64,000 bases of DNA from Antedon mediterranea (taxonomy: Eukaryota > Animalia > Echinodermata): contig NC_092672.1 in NCBI RefSeq assembly GCF_964355755.1, forward strand, positions 25,178,437-25,242,436, written 5' to 3'. The position numbers and the translations under genes were made by a program. The notes beneath the pieces were generated by a model. It ran no database searches. It had not been told where the DNA came from and was given only the letters and a program-made list of their open reading frames with translations. Positions 34,400 to 47,700 of the stretch are shown here, piece by piece; the stretch's first letter is position 1; each line of letters begins with the position of its first letter.

Positions 34400-34577
34400 C
34401 TTGTTCAACAATATTTCTTTTTTTGAAGTGACTTTCTCGTTTATACGCACATCAATTTATAGTACCGGAATGATTCTCTGTCAACAATCCCGTTTGTACG
34501 GTTCCGGTCTAGGATTTGCGTTTGTGATGACCGCTATGTTATGTAAATGAGCCTGTGCAGCTGGTGTATTATTAATT

Positions 34578-34614
<37 letters not shown>

Positions 34615-34637
34615 ACACACGTTTCATAAGTTTGGTT

Positions 34638-35261
34638 ATGGATTCAGAACAGGGCTTAATTGGAGACCAGGGGTATGCTACGTCTAAAGCCAAAAACTTG
34701 TACATTAACCAGGTATCTGATGGTTTTGATGCCAAGTTGAACAATTTTAAAAGGCATGTTGCCGAGGAGTCATATTCAGCATTGAAACGTGCTCGGTCAG
34801 CGCATTTCAACGATGAATTAAAGATAGTGTATGAAAACAACGATCAGAGTGAAACGCTCACCGAAGGTATTATGATTCTTGAGAAATGACAAAAATTTAA
34901 AAATTTAAAAAAATAAATAAATAAAAAATTTATAATAGCTTATTTTTTTTAATTTTTTTTTGTGTGTGTTTCAGGTGAAGACTTTGGACCACTCACAGAT
35001 CTGCGTATTTCCGAGTTGGCAAGAGAGCTGGGCAATGATTGGTCAATGATAGCAACATATTTAGGAATTTCACTCGCTCAACAACAAGATTTACGTCAGG
35101 CTCATTACATTTGTAGTCGGGAACGTAATCAAGAAATGCTTGTTATATGGCGCAAGAGAGATTCATGCTGCCAAAAATCAGACAAACTACAATCATTAAT
35201 GAATGCATTTGAAAAAAGTGGAAGAATCGACTTAAAAAACAAAATCAGTCTATGGCAATGA
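34638..35261 (+). CDS. Death-domain protein, 2 exons: 34638-34866 and 34975-35261
   Basis: Death domain LTDLRISELARELGNDWSMIATYLGIS...EMLVIWRKR...LMNAFEKSGRIDL. The G|GT donor and TTTCAG|GT acceptor are both phase 1 and join in frame. Confidence 0.8.
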
Positions 35262-35596
35262 AAGTCAAAACTATAGCATTCGTATTTATAAAAGGTGTAC
35301 GGTAGAGTACGTTTCTTCAATAATAAATCATAGCATTCGACGATCTATATTAGTTTTGTTTTGAAAAGAGTTTATTAAAAAAAGAAAACAACTTTAACCG
35401 AGAACAACGTGTACTGTTATTGTAAAAAAATTTCGTTTCTAAAAGTTCACGTTCACAACAAGAAGGATAGCGCGCAAGCAACTTGGCCATCTAGAATTCG
35501 TTCGATAATGTTTTAGAAAAAAATAAAAGCTTTACTTCGACGCCTAATGACAGCGTGCGTCAATGTTTTCAAAAAGAGAGAACATATTTCCCCCTT

Positions 35597-38500
35597 ATAT
35601 ACAATAACGTTTATAACTTTCCAGATCATACTTCTTTTTCTATTCGATTACAGTTTCTAATGATAGCATACTTCAGGAATGATCCTGATTGTTCTTATAT
35701 TAATTATTATACATGGTTTCTTAAATCCAAACACACTCTTATTCTAGAATGTTCATGTAAATACATACACCGTCTCTTTACCGAATGAACTGATAAGGTC
35801 GTGCAATCAATAAGAGGCATAACATGCCGTGCATTCGTCGTGCGTTGTATATCGAGAGAACAAATGAAAATATTGTTTACTTCGAGAATAAGCAATACAC
35901 CGTCTCTTTACCGAATGAGCTGATAAGGTCGTGCAATCAGTAACAGGCATAACATGCCGTGCATTCGTCGTGTGTTGTATATCGAGAGAACAAATGAAAA
36001 TATTGTTTACTTCGAGAATAAGCAATACACCGTCTCTTTACCGATCGAGTTGATACGGTCGCGCAATCAGTAACAGGCATAACATGCCGTGCATTCATCG
36101 CGTGTTGTATAATTATTATACATGGTTTCTTAAATCCAAACACACTCTTATTCTAGAATGTTCATGTAGATACATACACCGTCTCTTTACCGAACTAACT
36201 GATAAGGTCGTGCAATCAATAAGAGGCATAACATGCCGTGCATTTGTCGTGGGTTGTATATCGAGAGAACGGATGAAAATCTTTTTTTTTTTTTTACTTC
36301 GAGAATTAGCAATACACCGTCTCTTTACCGATCGAGTTGATACGGTCGCGCAATGAATAACAGGCATAACATGCCGTGCATTCATCGCGTGTTGTATAAT
36401 TATTATACATGGTTTCTTAAATCCAAACACACTCTTATTCTAGAATGTTCATGTAGATACATACACCGTCTCTTTACCGAACGAACTGATAAGGTCGTGC
36501 AATCAATAAGAGGCATAACATGCCGTGCATTTGTCGTGGGTTGTATATCGAGAGAACGGATGAAAATCTTTTTTTTTTTTTTTTACTTCGAGAAGAAGCA
36601 ATACACCGTCTCCTTACCAATGGAGCTGATAAGGAAGGCCGCGCAATCAGTAACATGCATAACATGCCGTGCATTCATCGCGTGTTGTATAATTATTATA
36701 CATGGTTTCTTAAATCCAAACACACTCTTATTCTTGAATGTTCATGTAGATACATACACCGTCTCTTTACCGAACGAACTGATAAGGTCGTGCAATCAAT
36801 AAGAGGCATAACATGCCTTGCATTTGTCGTGGGTTGTATATCGAGAGAACGGATGAAAATCTTTTTTTTTTTTTTTTACTTCGAGAAGAAGCAATACACC
36901 GTCTCCTTACCAATGGAGCTGTAAGGAAGGCCGCGCAATCAGTAACATACATAACATGCCGTGCATTCATCGCGTGTTGTATAATTATTAGACATGGTTT
37001 CTTAAATCCAAACACACTCTTATTCTAGAATGTTCATGTAGATACATACACCGTCTCTTTACCGAATGAACTGATAAGGTCGTGCAATCAATAAGAGGCA
37101 TAACATGCCGTGCATTCGTCGCCTGTTGTATATATACAATAATGTTTATAACTTTCCAGATCATACTTCTTATTCTATTCGATTACAGTTTCTAATGATA
37201 GCATACTTCAGGAATGGTCCTGATTGTTCTTATATTAATTATTATAGGCCTACATGGTTTCTTAAATCCAAACACACTCTTATTCTAGAATGTTCATGTA
37301 GATACATACACCGTCTCTTTACCGATCGAGTTGATACGGTCGTGCAATCAATAAGAGGCATAACATGCCGTGCATTCATCGCGTGTTGTATACCGAGAGA
37401 ACAAATGAAAATATTGTTTACTTCGAGAATAAGCAATACACCGTCTCTTTACCGATCGAGTTGATAAGGCCGTGCAATCAGTAACAGGCATAACATGCCG
37501 TCCGTGCATTCATCGCGTGTTGTATAATTATTAGGCCTATACATGGTTTCTTAAATCCAAACACACTCTTATTCTATAATGTTCATGTAGATACATACAC
37601 CGTCTCTTTACCGAACTAACTGATAAGGTCGTGCAATCAATAAGAGGCATAACATGCCGTGCATACGTCGTGTGTTGTATATCGAGAGAACGGATGAAAA
37701 TATATATTTTTTTTTTTTTTTACTTCGAGAAGAAGCAATACACCGTCTCCTTACCAATGGAGCTGATAAGGAAGGCCGCGCAATCAGTAACATGCATAAC
37801 ATGCCGTGCATTCATCGCGTGTTGTATAATTATTATACATGGTTTCTTAAATCCAAACACACTCTTATTCTAGAATGTTCATGTAGATACATACACCGTC
37901 TCTTTACCGATCGAGTTGATACGGTTGTGCAATCAATAAGAGGCATAACATGCCGTGCATTCGTCGTGTGTTGTATATCGAGAGAACGGATGAAAATCTT
38001 TTTTTTTTTTTTTACTTCGAGAAGAAGCAATACACCGTCTCCTTACCAATGGAGCTGATAAGGAAGGCCGCGCAATCAGTAACATGCATAACATGCCGTG
38101 CATTCATTGCGTGTTGTATAATTATTATACATGGTTTCTTAAATCCAAACACACTCTTATTCTAGAATGTTCATGTAGATACATACACCGTCTCTTTACC
38201 GAATGAGCTGATAAGGTCGTGCAATCAATAAGAGGCATAACATGCCGTGCATTCGTCGTCTGTTGTATACCGAGAGAACAAATGAAAATATTGTTTAATT
38301 CGAGAATAAGCAATACACCGTCTCTTTACCGAATGAGCTGATAAGGCCGCGCAATCAGTAACAGGCATAACATGCCGTGCATTCATCGCGTGTTGTATAA
38401 TTATTATACATGGTTTCTTAAATCCAAACACACTCTTATTCTAGAATGTTCATGTAGATACATACACCGTCTCTTTACCGATCGAGTTGATACGGTCGTG

Positions 38501-41500
38501 CAATCAATAAGAGGCATAACATGCCGTGCATTTGTCGTGTATTGTATATCGAGAGAACGGATGAAAATCTTTTTTTTTTTTTTACTTCGAGAAAAAGCAA
38601 TACACCGTCTCCTTGCCAATGGAACTGATAAGGAAGGCCGCGCAATCAGTAACATGCATAACATGCCGTGCATTCATCGCGTGTTGTATAATTATTATAC
38701 ATGGTTTCTTAAATCCAAACACACTCTTATTCTAGAATGTTCATGTAGATACATACACCGTCTCTTTACCGAATGAACTGATAAGGTCGTGCAATCAATA
38801 AGAGGCATAACATGCCGTGCATTCGTCGCCTGTTGTATATATACAATAATGTTTATAACTTTCCAGATCATACTTCTTATTCTATTCGATTACAGTTTCT
38901 AATGATAGCATACTTCAGGAATGGTCCTGATTGTTCTTATATTAATTATTATAGGCCTACATGGTTTCTTAAATCCAAACACACTCTTATTCTAGAATGT
39001 TCATGTAGATACATACACCGTCTCTTTACCGAATGAACTGATAAGGTCGTGCAATCAATAAGAGGCATAACATGCCGTGCATTCGTCGCCTGTTGTATAT
39101 CGAGAGAACAAATGAAAATATTGTTTACTTCGAGAATAAGCAATACACCGTCTCTTTACCGAATGAGCTGATAAGGCCGTGCAATCAGTAACAGGCATAA
39201 CATGCCGTGCATTCATCGCGTGTTGTATAATTATTATACATGGTTTCTTAAATCCAAACACACTCTTATTCTAGAATGTTCATGTAGATACATACACCGT
39301 CTCTTTACCGAATGAACTGATAAGGTCGTGTAATCAATAAGAGGCATAACATGCCGTGCATTTGTCGTGTATTGTATATCGAGAGAACGGATGAAAATCT
39401 TTTTTTTTTTTTTACTTCGAGAAAAAGCAATACACCGTCTCCTTGCCAATGGAACTGATAAGGAAGGCCGTGCAATCAGTAACAGGCATAACATGCCGTG
39501 CATTCATCGCGTGTTGTATAATTATTATACATGGTTTCTTAAATCCAAACACACTCTTATTCTAGAATGTTCATGTAGATACATACACCGTCTCTTTACC
39601 GAATGAACTGATAAGGTCGTGTAATCAATAAGAGGCATAACATGCCGTGCATTTGTCGTGTATTGTATATCGAGAGAACGGATGAAAATCTTTTTTTTTT
39701 TTTTACTTCGAGAAAAAGCAATACACCGTCTCCTTGCCAATGGAACTGATAAGGAAGGCCGTGCAATCAGTAACAGGCATAACATGCCGTGCATTCATCG
39801 CGTGTTGTATAATTATTATACATGGTTTCTTAAATCCAAACACACTCTTATTCTAGAATGTTCATGTAGATACATACACCGTCTCTTTACCGAACGAACT
39901 GATAAGGTCGTGCAATCAATAAGAGGCATAACATGCCGTGCATTCGTCGCCTGTTGTATATCGAGAGAACGGATGAAAATCTTTTTTTTTTTTTACTTCG
40001 AGAAGAAGCAATACACCGTCTCATTACCGGATGAGCTGATAAGGCCGCGCAATCAGTAACAGGCATGACATGCCGTGCATTCATCGCGTGTTGTATAATT
40101 ATTATACATGGTTTCTTAAATCCAAACACACTCTTATTCCAGAATGTTCATGTAGATACATACACCGTCTCTTTACCGAACTAACTGATAAGGTCGTGTA
40201 ATCAATAAGAGGCATAACATGCCGTGCATTCGTCGTGTGTTGTATATCGAGAGAACGGATGAAAATCTTTTTTTTTTTTTTTACTTCGAGAAGAAGCAAT
40301 ACACCGTCTCTTTACCGAATGAGCTGATAAGGCCGCGCAATCAGTAACAGGCATAACATGCCGTGCATTCATCGCGTGTTGTATAATTATTATACATGGT
40401 TTCTTAAATCCAAACACACTCTTATTCTAGAATGTTCATGTAGATACATACACCGTCTCTTTACCGAATGAACTGATAAGGTCGTGCAATCAATAAGAGG
40501 TATAACATGCCGTGCATTTGTCGTGGGTTGTATATCGAGAGAACAAATGAAAATATTTTTTTTTTTTTTACTTCGAGAATAAGCAATACACCGTCTCTTT
40601 ACCGAATGAGCTGATAAGGCCGCGCAATCAGTAACAGGCATAACATGCCGTGCACTCATCGCGTGTTGTATAATTATTATACATGGTTTCTTAAATCCAA
40701 ACACACTCTTATTCTAGAATGTTCATGTAGATACATACACCGTCTCTTTACCGAATGAACTGATACGGTCGTGCAATCAATAAGAGGCATAACATGCCGT
40801 GCATTCATCGCGTGTTGAATACCGAGAGAACAAATGAAAATATTGTTTACTTCGAGAAGAAGCAATACACCCTCTCTTTACCGATCGAGTTGATACGGTC
40901 GCGCAATCAGTAACAGGCATAACATGCCGTGCATTCGTCGTGTTCTGTATATCGAGAGAACAAATGAAAATATTGTTTACTTCGAGAATAAGCAATACAC
41001 CGTCTCTTTACCGAATGAGCTGATAAGGCCGCGCAATCAGTAACAGGCATAACATGCCGTGCATTCATCGCGTGTTGTATAATTATTATACATGGTTTCT
41101 TAAATCCAAACACACTCTTATTCTAGAATGTTCATGTAGATACATACACCGTCTCTTTACCGAACTAACTGATAAGGTCGTGCAATCAATAAGAGGCATA
41201 ACATGCCGTGCATTCGTCGTGGGTTGTATATCGAGAGAACAAATGAAAATATTGTTTACTTCGAGAATAAGCAATACACCGTCTCTTTACCGATCGAGTT
41301 GATACGGTCGCGCAATCAGTAACAGGCATAACATGCCGTGCATTCATCGCGTGTTGTATAATTATTATACATGGTTTCTTAAATCCAAACACACTCTTAT
41401 TCTAGAATGTTCATGTAGATACATACACCGTCTCTTTACCGAACTAACTGATAAGGTCGTGCAATCAATAAGAGGCATAACATGCCGTGCATTTGTCGTG

Positions 41501-44500
41501 GGTTGTATATCGAGAGAACGGATGAAAATCTTTTTTTTTTTTTTACTTCGAGAATTAGCAATACACCGTCTCTTTACCGATCGAGTTGATACGGTCGCGC
41601 AATGAATAACAGGCATAACATGCCGTGCATTCATCGCGTGTTGTATAATTATTATACATGGTTTCTTAAATCCAAACACACTCTTATTCTAGAATGTTCA
41701 TGTAGATACATACACCGTCTCTTTACCGAACGAACTGATAAGGTCGTGCAATCAATAAGAGGCATAACATGCCGTGCATTTGTCGTGGGTTGTATATCGA
41801 GAGAACGGATGAAAATCTTTTTTTTTTTTTTTACTTCGAGAAGAAGCAATACACCGTCTCCTTACCAATGGAGCTGATAAGGCCGCGCAATCAGTAACAG
41901 GCATAACATGCCGTGCATTCATCGCGTGTTGTATAATTATTATACATGGTTTCTTAAATCCAAAAACACTCTTATTCTAGAATGTTCATGTAGATACATA
42001 CACCGTCTCTTTACCGAACGAACTGATAAGGTCGTGCAATCAATAAGAGGCATAACATGCCGTGCATTTGTCGTGGGTTGTATATCGAGAGAACGGATGA
42101 AAATCTTTTTTTTTTTTTTTTACTTCGAGAAGAAGCAATACACCGTCTCCTTACCAATCGAGCTGAAAAGGAAGGCCGCGCAATCAGTAACATGCATAAC
42201 ATGCCGTGCATTCATCGCGTGTTGTATAATTATTAGACATGGTTTCTTAAATCCAAACACACTCTTATTCTAGAATGTTCATGTAGATACATACACCGTC
42301 TCTTTACCGAATGAACTGATAAGGTCGTGCAATCAATAAGAGGCATAACATGCCGTGCATTCGTCGCCTGTTGTATATATACAATAATGTTTATAACTTT
42401 CCAGATCATACTTCTTATTCTATTCGATTACAGTTTCTAATGATAGCATACTTCAGGAATGGTCCTGATTGTTCTTATATTAATTATTATAGGCCTACAT
42501 GGTTTCTTAAATCCAAACACACTCTTATTCTAGAATGTTCATGTAGATACATACACCGTCTCTTTACCGATCGAGTTGATACGGTCGTGCAATCAATAAG
42601 AGGCATAACATGCCGTGCATTCATCGCGTGTTGTATACCGAGAGAACAAATGAAAATATTGTTTACTTCGAGAATAAGCAATACACCGTCTCTTTACCGA
42701 TCGAGTTGATAAGGCCGTGCAATCAGTAACAGGCATAACATGCCGTCCGTGCATTCATCGCGTGTTGTATAATTATTAGGCCTATACATGGTTTCTTAAA
42801 TCCAAACACACTCTTATTCTATAATGTTCATGTAGATACATACACCGTCTCTTTACCGAACTAACTGATAAGGTCGTGCAATCAATAAGAGGCATAACAT
42901 GCCGTGCATACGTCGTGTGTTGTATATCGAGAGAACGGATGAAAATATATATTTTTTTTTTTTTTTTACTTCGAGAAGAAGCAATACACCGTCTCCTTAC
43001 CAATGGAGCTGATAAGGAAGGCCGCGCAATCAGTAACATGCATAACATGCCGTGCATTCATCGCGTGTTGTATAATTATTATACATGGTTTCTTAAATCC
43101 AAACACACTCTTATTCTAGAATGTTCATGTAGATACATACACCGTCTCTTTACCGATCGAGTTGATACGGTTGTGCAATCAATAAGAGGCATAACATGCC
43201 GTGCATTCGTCGTGTGTTGTATATCGAGAGAACGGATGAAAATCTTTTTTTTTTTTTTTACTTCGAGAAGAAGCAATACACCGTCTCCTTACCAATGGAG
43301 CTGATAAGGAAGGCCGCGCAATCAGTAACATGCATAACATGCCGTGCATTCATTGCGTGTTGTATAATTATTATACATGGTTTCTTAAATCCAAACACAC
43401 TCTTATTCTAGAATGTTCATGTAGATACATACACCGTCTCTTTACCGAATGAGCTGATAAGGTCGTGCAATCAATAAGAGGCATAACATGCCGTGCATTC
43501 GTCGTCTGTTGTATACCGAGAGAACAAATGAAAATATTGTTTACTTCGAGAATAAGCAATACACCGTCTCTTTACCGAATGAGCTGATAAGGCCGCGCAA
43601 TCAGTAACAGGCATAACATGCCGTGCATTCATCGCGTGTTGTATAATTATTATACATGGTTTCTTAAATCCAAACACACTCTTATTCTAGAATGTTCATG
43701 TAGATACATACACCGTCTCTTTACCGATCGAGTTGATACGGTCGTGCAATCAATAAGAGGCATAACATGCCGTGCATTTGTCGTGTATTGTATATCGAGA
43801 GAACGGATGAAAATCTTTTTTTTTTTTTTACTTCGAGAAAAAGCAATACACCGTCTCCTTGCCAATGGAACTGATAAGGAAGGCCGCGCAATCAGTAACA
43901 TGCATAACATGCCGTGCATTCATCGCGTGTTGTATAATTATTATACATGGTTTCTTAAATCCAAACACACTCTTATTCTAGAATGTTCATGTAGATACAT
44001 ACACCGTCTCTTTACCGAATGAACTGATAAGGTCGTGCAATCAATAAGAGGCATAACATGCCGTGCATTCGTCGCCTGTTGTATATATACAATAATGTTT
44101 ATAACTTTCCAGATCATACTTCTTATTCTATTCGATTACAGTTTCTAATGATAGCATACTTCAGGAATGGTCCTGATTGTTCTTATATTAATTATTATAG
44201 GCCTACATGGTTTCTTAAATCCAAACACACTCTTATTCTAGAATGTTCATGTAGATACATACACCGTCTCTTTACCGAATGAACTGATAAGGTCGTGCAA
44301 TCAATAAGAGGCATAACATGCCGTGCATTCGTCGCCTGTTGTATATCGAGAGAACAAATGAAAATATTGTTTACTTCGAGAATAAGCAATACACCGTCTC
44401 TTTACCGAATGAGCTGATAAGGCCGTGCAATCAGTAACAGGCATAACATGCCGTGCATTCATCGCGTGTTGTATAATTATTATACATGGTTTCTTAAATC

Positions 44501-47500
44501 CAAACACACTCTTATTCGAGAATGTTCATGTAGATACATACACCGTCTCTTTACCGAATGAACTGATAAGGTCGTGTAATCAATAAGAGGCATAACATGC
44601 CGTGCATTTGTCGTGTATTGTATATCGAGAGAACGGATGAAAATCTTTTTTTTTTTTTTACTTCGAGAAAAAGCAATACACCGTCTCCTTGCCAATGGAA
44701 CTGATAAGGAAGGCCGCGCAATCAGTAACATGCATAACATGCCGTGCATTCATCGCGTGTTGTATAATTATTATACATGGTTTCTTAAATCCAAACACAC
44801 TCTTATTCTAGAATGTTCATGTAGATACATACACCGTCTCTTTACCGAACGAACTGATAAGGTCGTGCAATCAATAAGAGGCATAACATGCCGTGCATTC
44901 GTCGCCTGTTGTATATCGAGAGAACGGATGAAAATCTTTTTTTTTTTTTACTTCGAGAAGAAGCAATACACCGTCTCATTACCGGATGAGCTGATAAGGC
45001 CGCGCAATCAGTAACAGGCATAACATGCCGTGCATTCATCGCGTGTTGTATAATTATTATACATGGTTTCTTAAATCCAAACACACTCTTATTCTAGAAT
45101 GTTTATGTAGATACATACACCGTCTCTTTACCGAACTAACTGATAAGGTCGTGTAATCAATAAGAGGCATAACATGCCGTGCATTCGTCGTGTGTTGTAT
45201 ATCGAGAGAACGGATGAAAATCTTTTTTTTTTTTTTTACTTCGAGAAGAAGCAATACACCGTCTCTTTACCGAATGAGCTGATAAGGCCGCGCAATCAGT
45301 AACAGGCATAACATGCCGTGCATTCATCGCGTGTTGTATAATTATTATACATGGTTTCTTAAATCCAAACACACTCTTATTCCAGAATGTTCATGTAGAT
45401 ACATACACCGTCTCTTTACCGAATGAACTGATACGGTTGTGCAATCAATAAGAGGTATAACATGCCGTGCATTCATCGCGTGTTGTATACCGAGAGAACA
45501 AATGAAAATATTTTTTTTTTTACTTCGAGAATAAGCAATAACACCGTCTCTTTACCGATCGAGTTGATACGGTCGCGCAATCAGTAACATGCATAACATG
45601 CCGTGCATTCATCGCGTGTTGTATAATTATTATACATGGTTTCTTAAATCCAAACACACTCTTATTCTAGAATGTTCATGTAGATACATACACCGTCTCT
45701 TTACCGAATGAACTGATAAGGTCGTGCAATCAATAAGAGGTATAACATGCCGTGCATTTGTCGTGGGTTGTATATCGAGAGAACGGATGAAAATCTTTTT
45801 TTTTTTTACTTCGAGAATAAGCAATACACCGTCTCTTTACCGAATGAGCTGATAAGGCCGCGCAATCAGTAACAGGCATAACATGCCGTGCATTCATCGC
45901 GTGTTGTATAATTATTATACATGGTTTCTTAAATCCAAACACACTCTTATTCTAGAATGTTCATGTAGATACATACACCGTCTCTTTACCGAATGAACTG
46001 ATACGGTCGTGCAATCAATAAGAGGCATAACATGCCGTGCATTCATCGCGTGTTGAATACCGAGAGAACAAATGAAAATATTGTTTACTTCGAGAAGAAG
46101 CAATACACCCTCTCTTTACCGATCGAGTTGATACGGTCGCGCAATCAGTAACAGGCATAACATGCCGTGCATTCGTCGTGTTCTGTATATCGAGAGAACA
46201 AATGAAAATATTGTTTACTTCGAGAATAAGCAATACACCGTCTCTTTACCGAATGAGCTGATAAGGCCGCGCAATCAGTAACAGGCATAACATGCCGTGC
46301 ATTCATCGCGTGTTGTATAATTATTATACATGGTTTCTTAAATCCAAACACACTCTTATTCTAGAATGTTCATGTAGATACATACACCGTCTCTTTACCG
46401 AACTAACTGATAAGGTCGTGCAATCAATAAGAGGCATAACATGCCGTGCATTTGTCGTGGGTTGTATATCGAGAGAACAAATGAACATTTTTTTTTTTTT
46501 ACTTCGAGAATAAGCAATACACCGTCTCTTTACCGATCGAGTTGATACGGTCGCGCAATGAATAACAGGCATAACATGCCGTGCATTCATCGCGTGTTGT
46601 ATAATTATTATACATGGTTTCTTAAATCCAAACACACTCTTATTCTAGAATGTTCATGTAGATACATACACCGTCTCTTTACCGAACTAACTGATACGGT
46701 CGTGCAATCAATAAGAGGCATAACATGCCGTGCATTCATCGCGTGTTGTATACCGAGAGAACAAATGAAAATATTTTTTTTTTACTTCGAGAATAAGCAA
46801 TACACCGTCTCTTTTCCGATCGAGTTGATACGGTCGCGCAATGAATAACAGGCATAACATGCCGTGCATTCATCGCGTGTTGTATAATTATTATACATGG
46901 TTTCTTAAATCCAAACACACTCTTATTCTAGAATGTTCATGTAGATACATACACCGTCTCTTTACCGAATGAACTGATAAGGTCGATCGTGCAATCAATA
47001 AGAGGCATAACATGCCGTGCATTCATCGCGTGTTGTATACCGAGAGAACGGATGAAAATCTTTTTTTTTTTTTTTTACTTCGAGAAGAAGCAATACACCG
47101 TCTCCTTACCAATGGAGCTGATAAGGAAGGCCGCGCAATCAGTAACAGGCATAACATGCCGTGCATTCATCGCGTGTTGTATAATTATTATACATGGTTT
47201 CTTAAATCCAAAAACACTCTTATTCTAGAATGTTCATGTAGATACATACACCGTCTCTTTACCGAACTAACTGATAAGGTCGTGCAATCAATAAGAGGCA
47301 TAACATGCCGTGCATTTGTCGTGGGTTGTATATCGAGAGAACGGATGAAAATCTTTTTTTTTTTTTTACTTCGAGAAGAAGCAATACACCGTCTCCTTAC
47401 CAATCGAGCTGAAAAGGAAGGCCGCGCAATCAGTAACATGCATAACATGCCGTGCATTCATCGCGTGTTGTATAATTATTATACATGGTTTCTTAAATCC

Positions 47501-47700
47501 AAACACACTCTTATTCTAGAATGTTCATGTAGATACATACACCGTCTCTTTACCGATCGAGTTGATACGGTCGTGCAATCAATACGAGGCATAACATGCC
47601 GTGCATTCATCGCCTGTTGTATATATACAATAATGTTTATAACTTTCCAGATCATACTTCTTATTCTATTCGATTACAGTTTCTAATGATAGCATACTTC
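35597..47700. repeat. ~12-kb modular satellite array with higher-order repeat
   Basis: An ~85-bp core (TACACCGTCTCTTTACCG...GGCATAACATGCCGTGCATT...TTGTAT) alternates with linkers X (~45 bp), Y (~65 bp) and occasionally Z, giving ~130/~150-bp monomers and ~280-290-bp dimers. Variant order repeats at ~5.25 kb (37105 vs 42350; 38812 vs 44058). Confidence 0.95.
35741..35755. promoter_or_regulatory. Heat-shock element (first of many, one per Y linker)
   Basis: ATTCT-AGAAT-GTTCA equals nTTCn-nGAAn-nTTCn, a perfect three-unit HSF site. Confidence 0.55.

Noticed and set aside
36650-36670. p53 response element in TAACATGCATAACATGCC
   Set aside because: The CATG cores are 9 bp apart rather than 10, and the flanks deviate from RRRCWWGYYY.
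35597-47700. CRISPR-like repeat-spacer appearance
   Set aside because: The 'spacers' are only three recurring linkers, the repeats are ~85 bp, there are no cas genes, and the context is eukaryotic.
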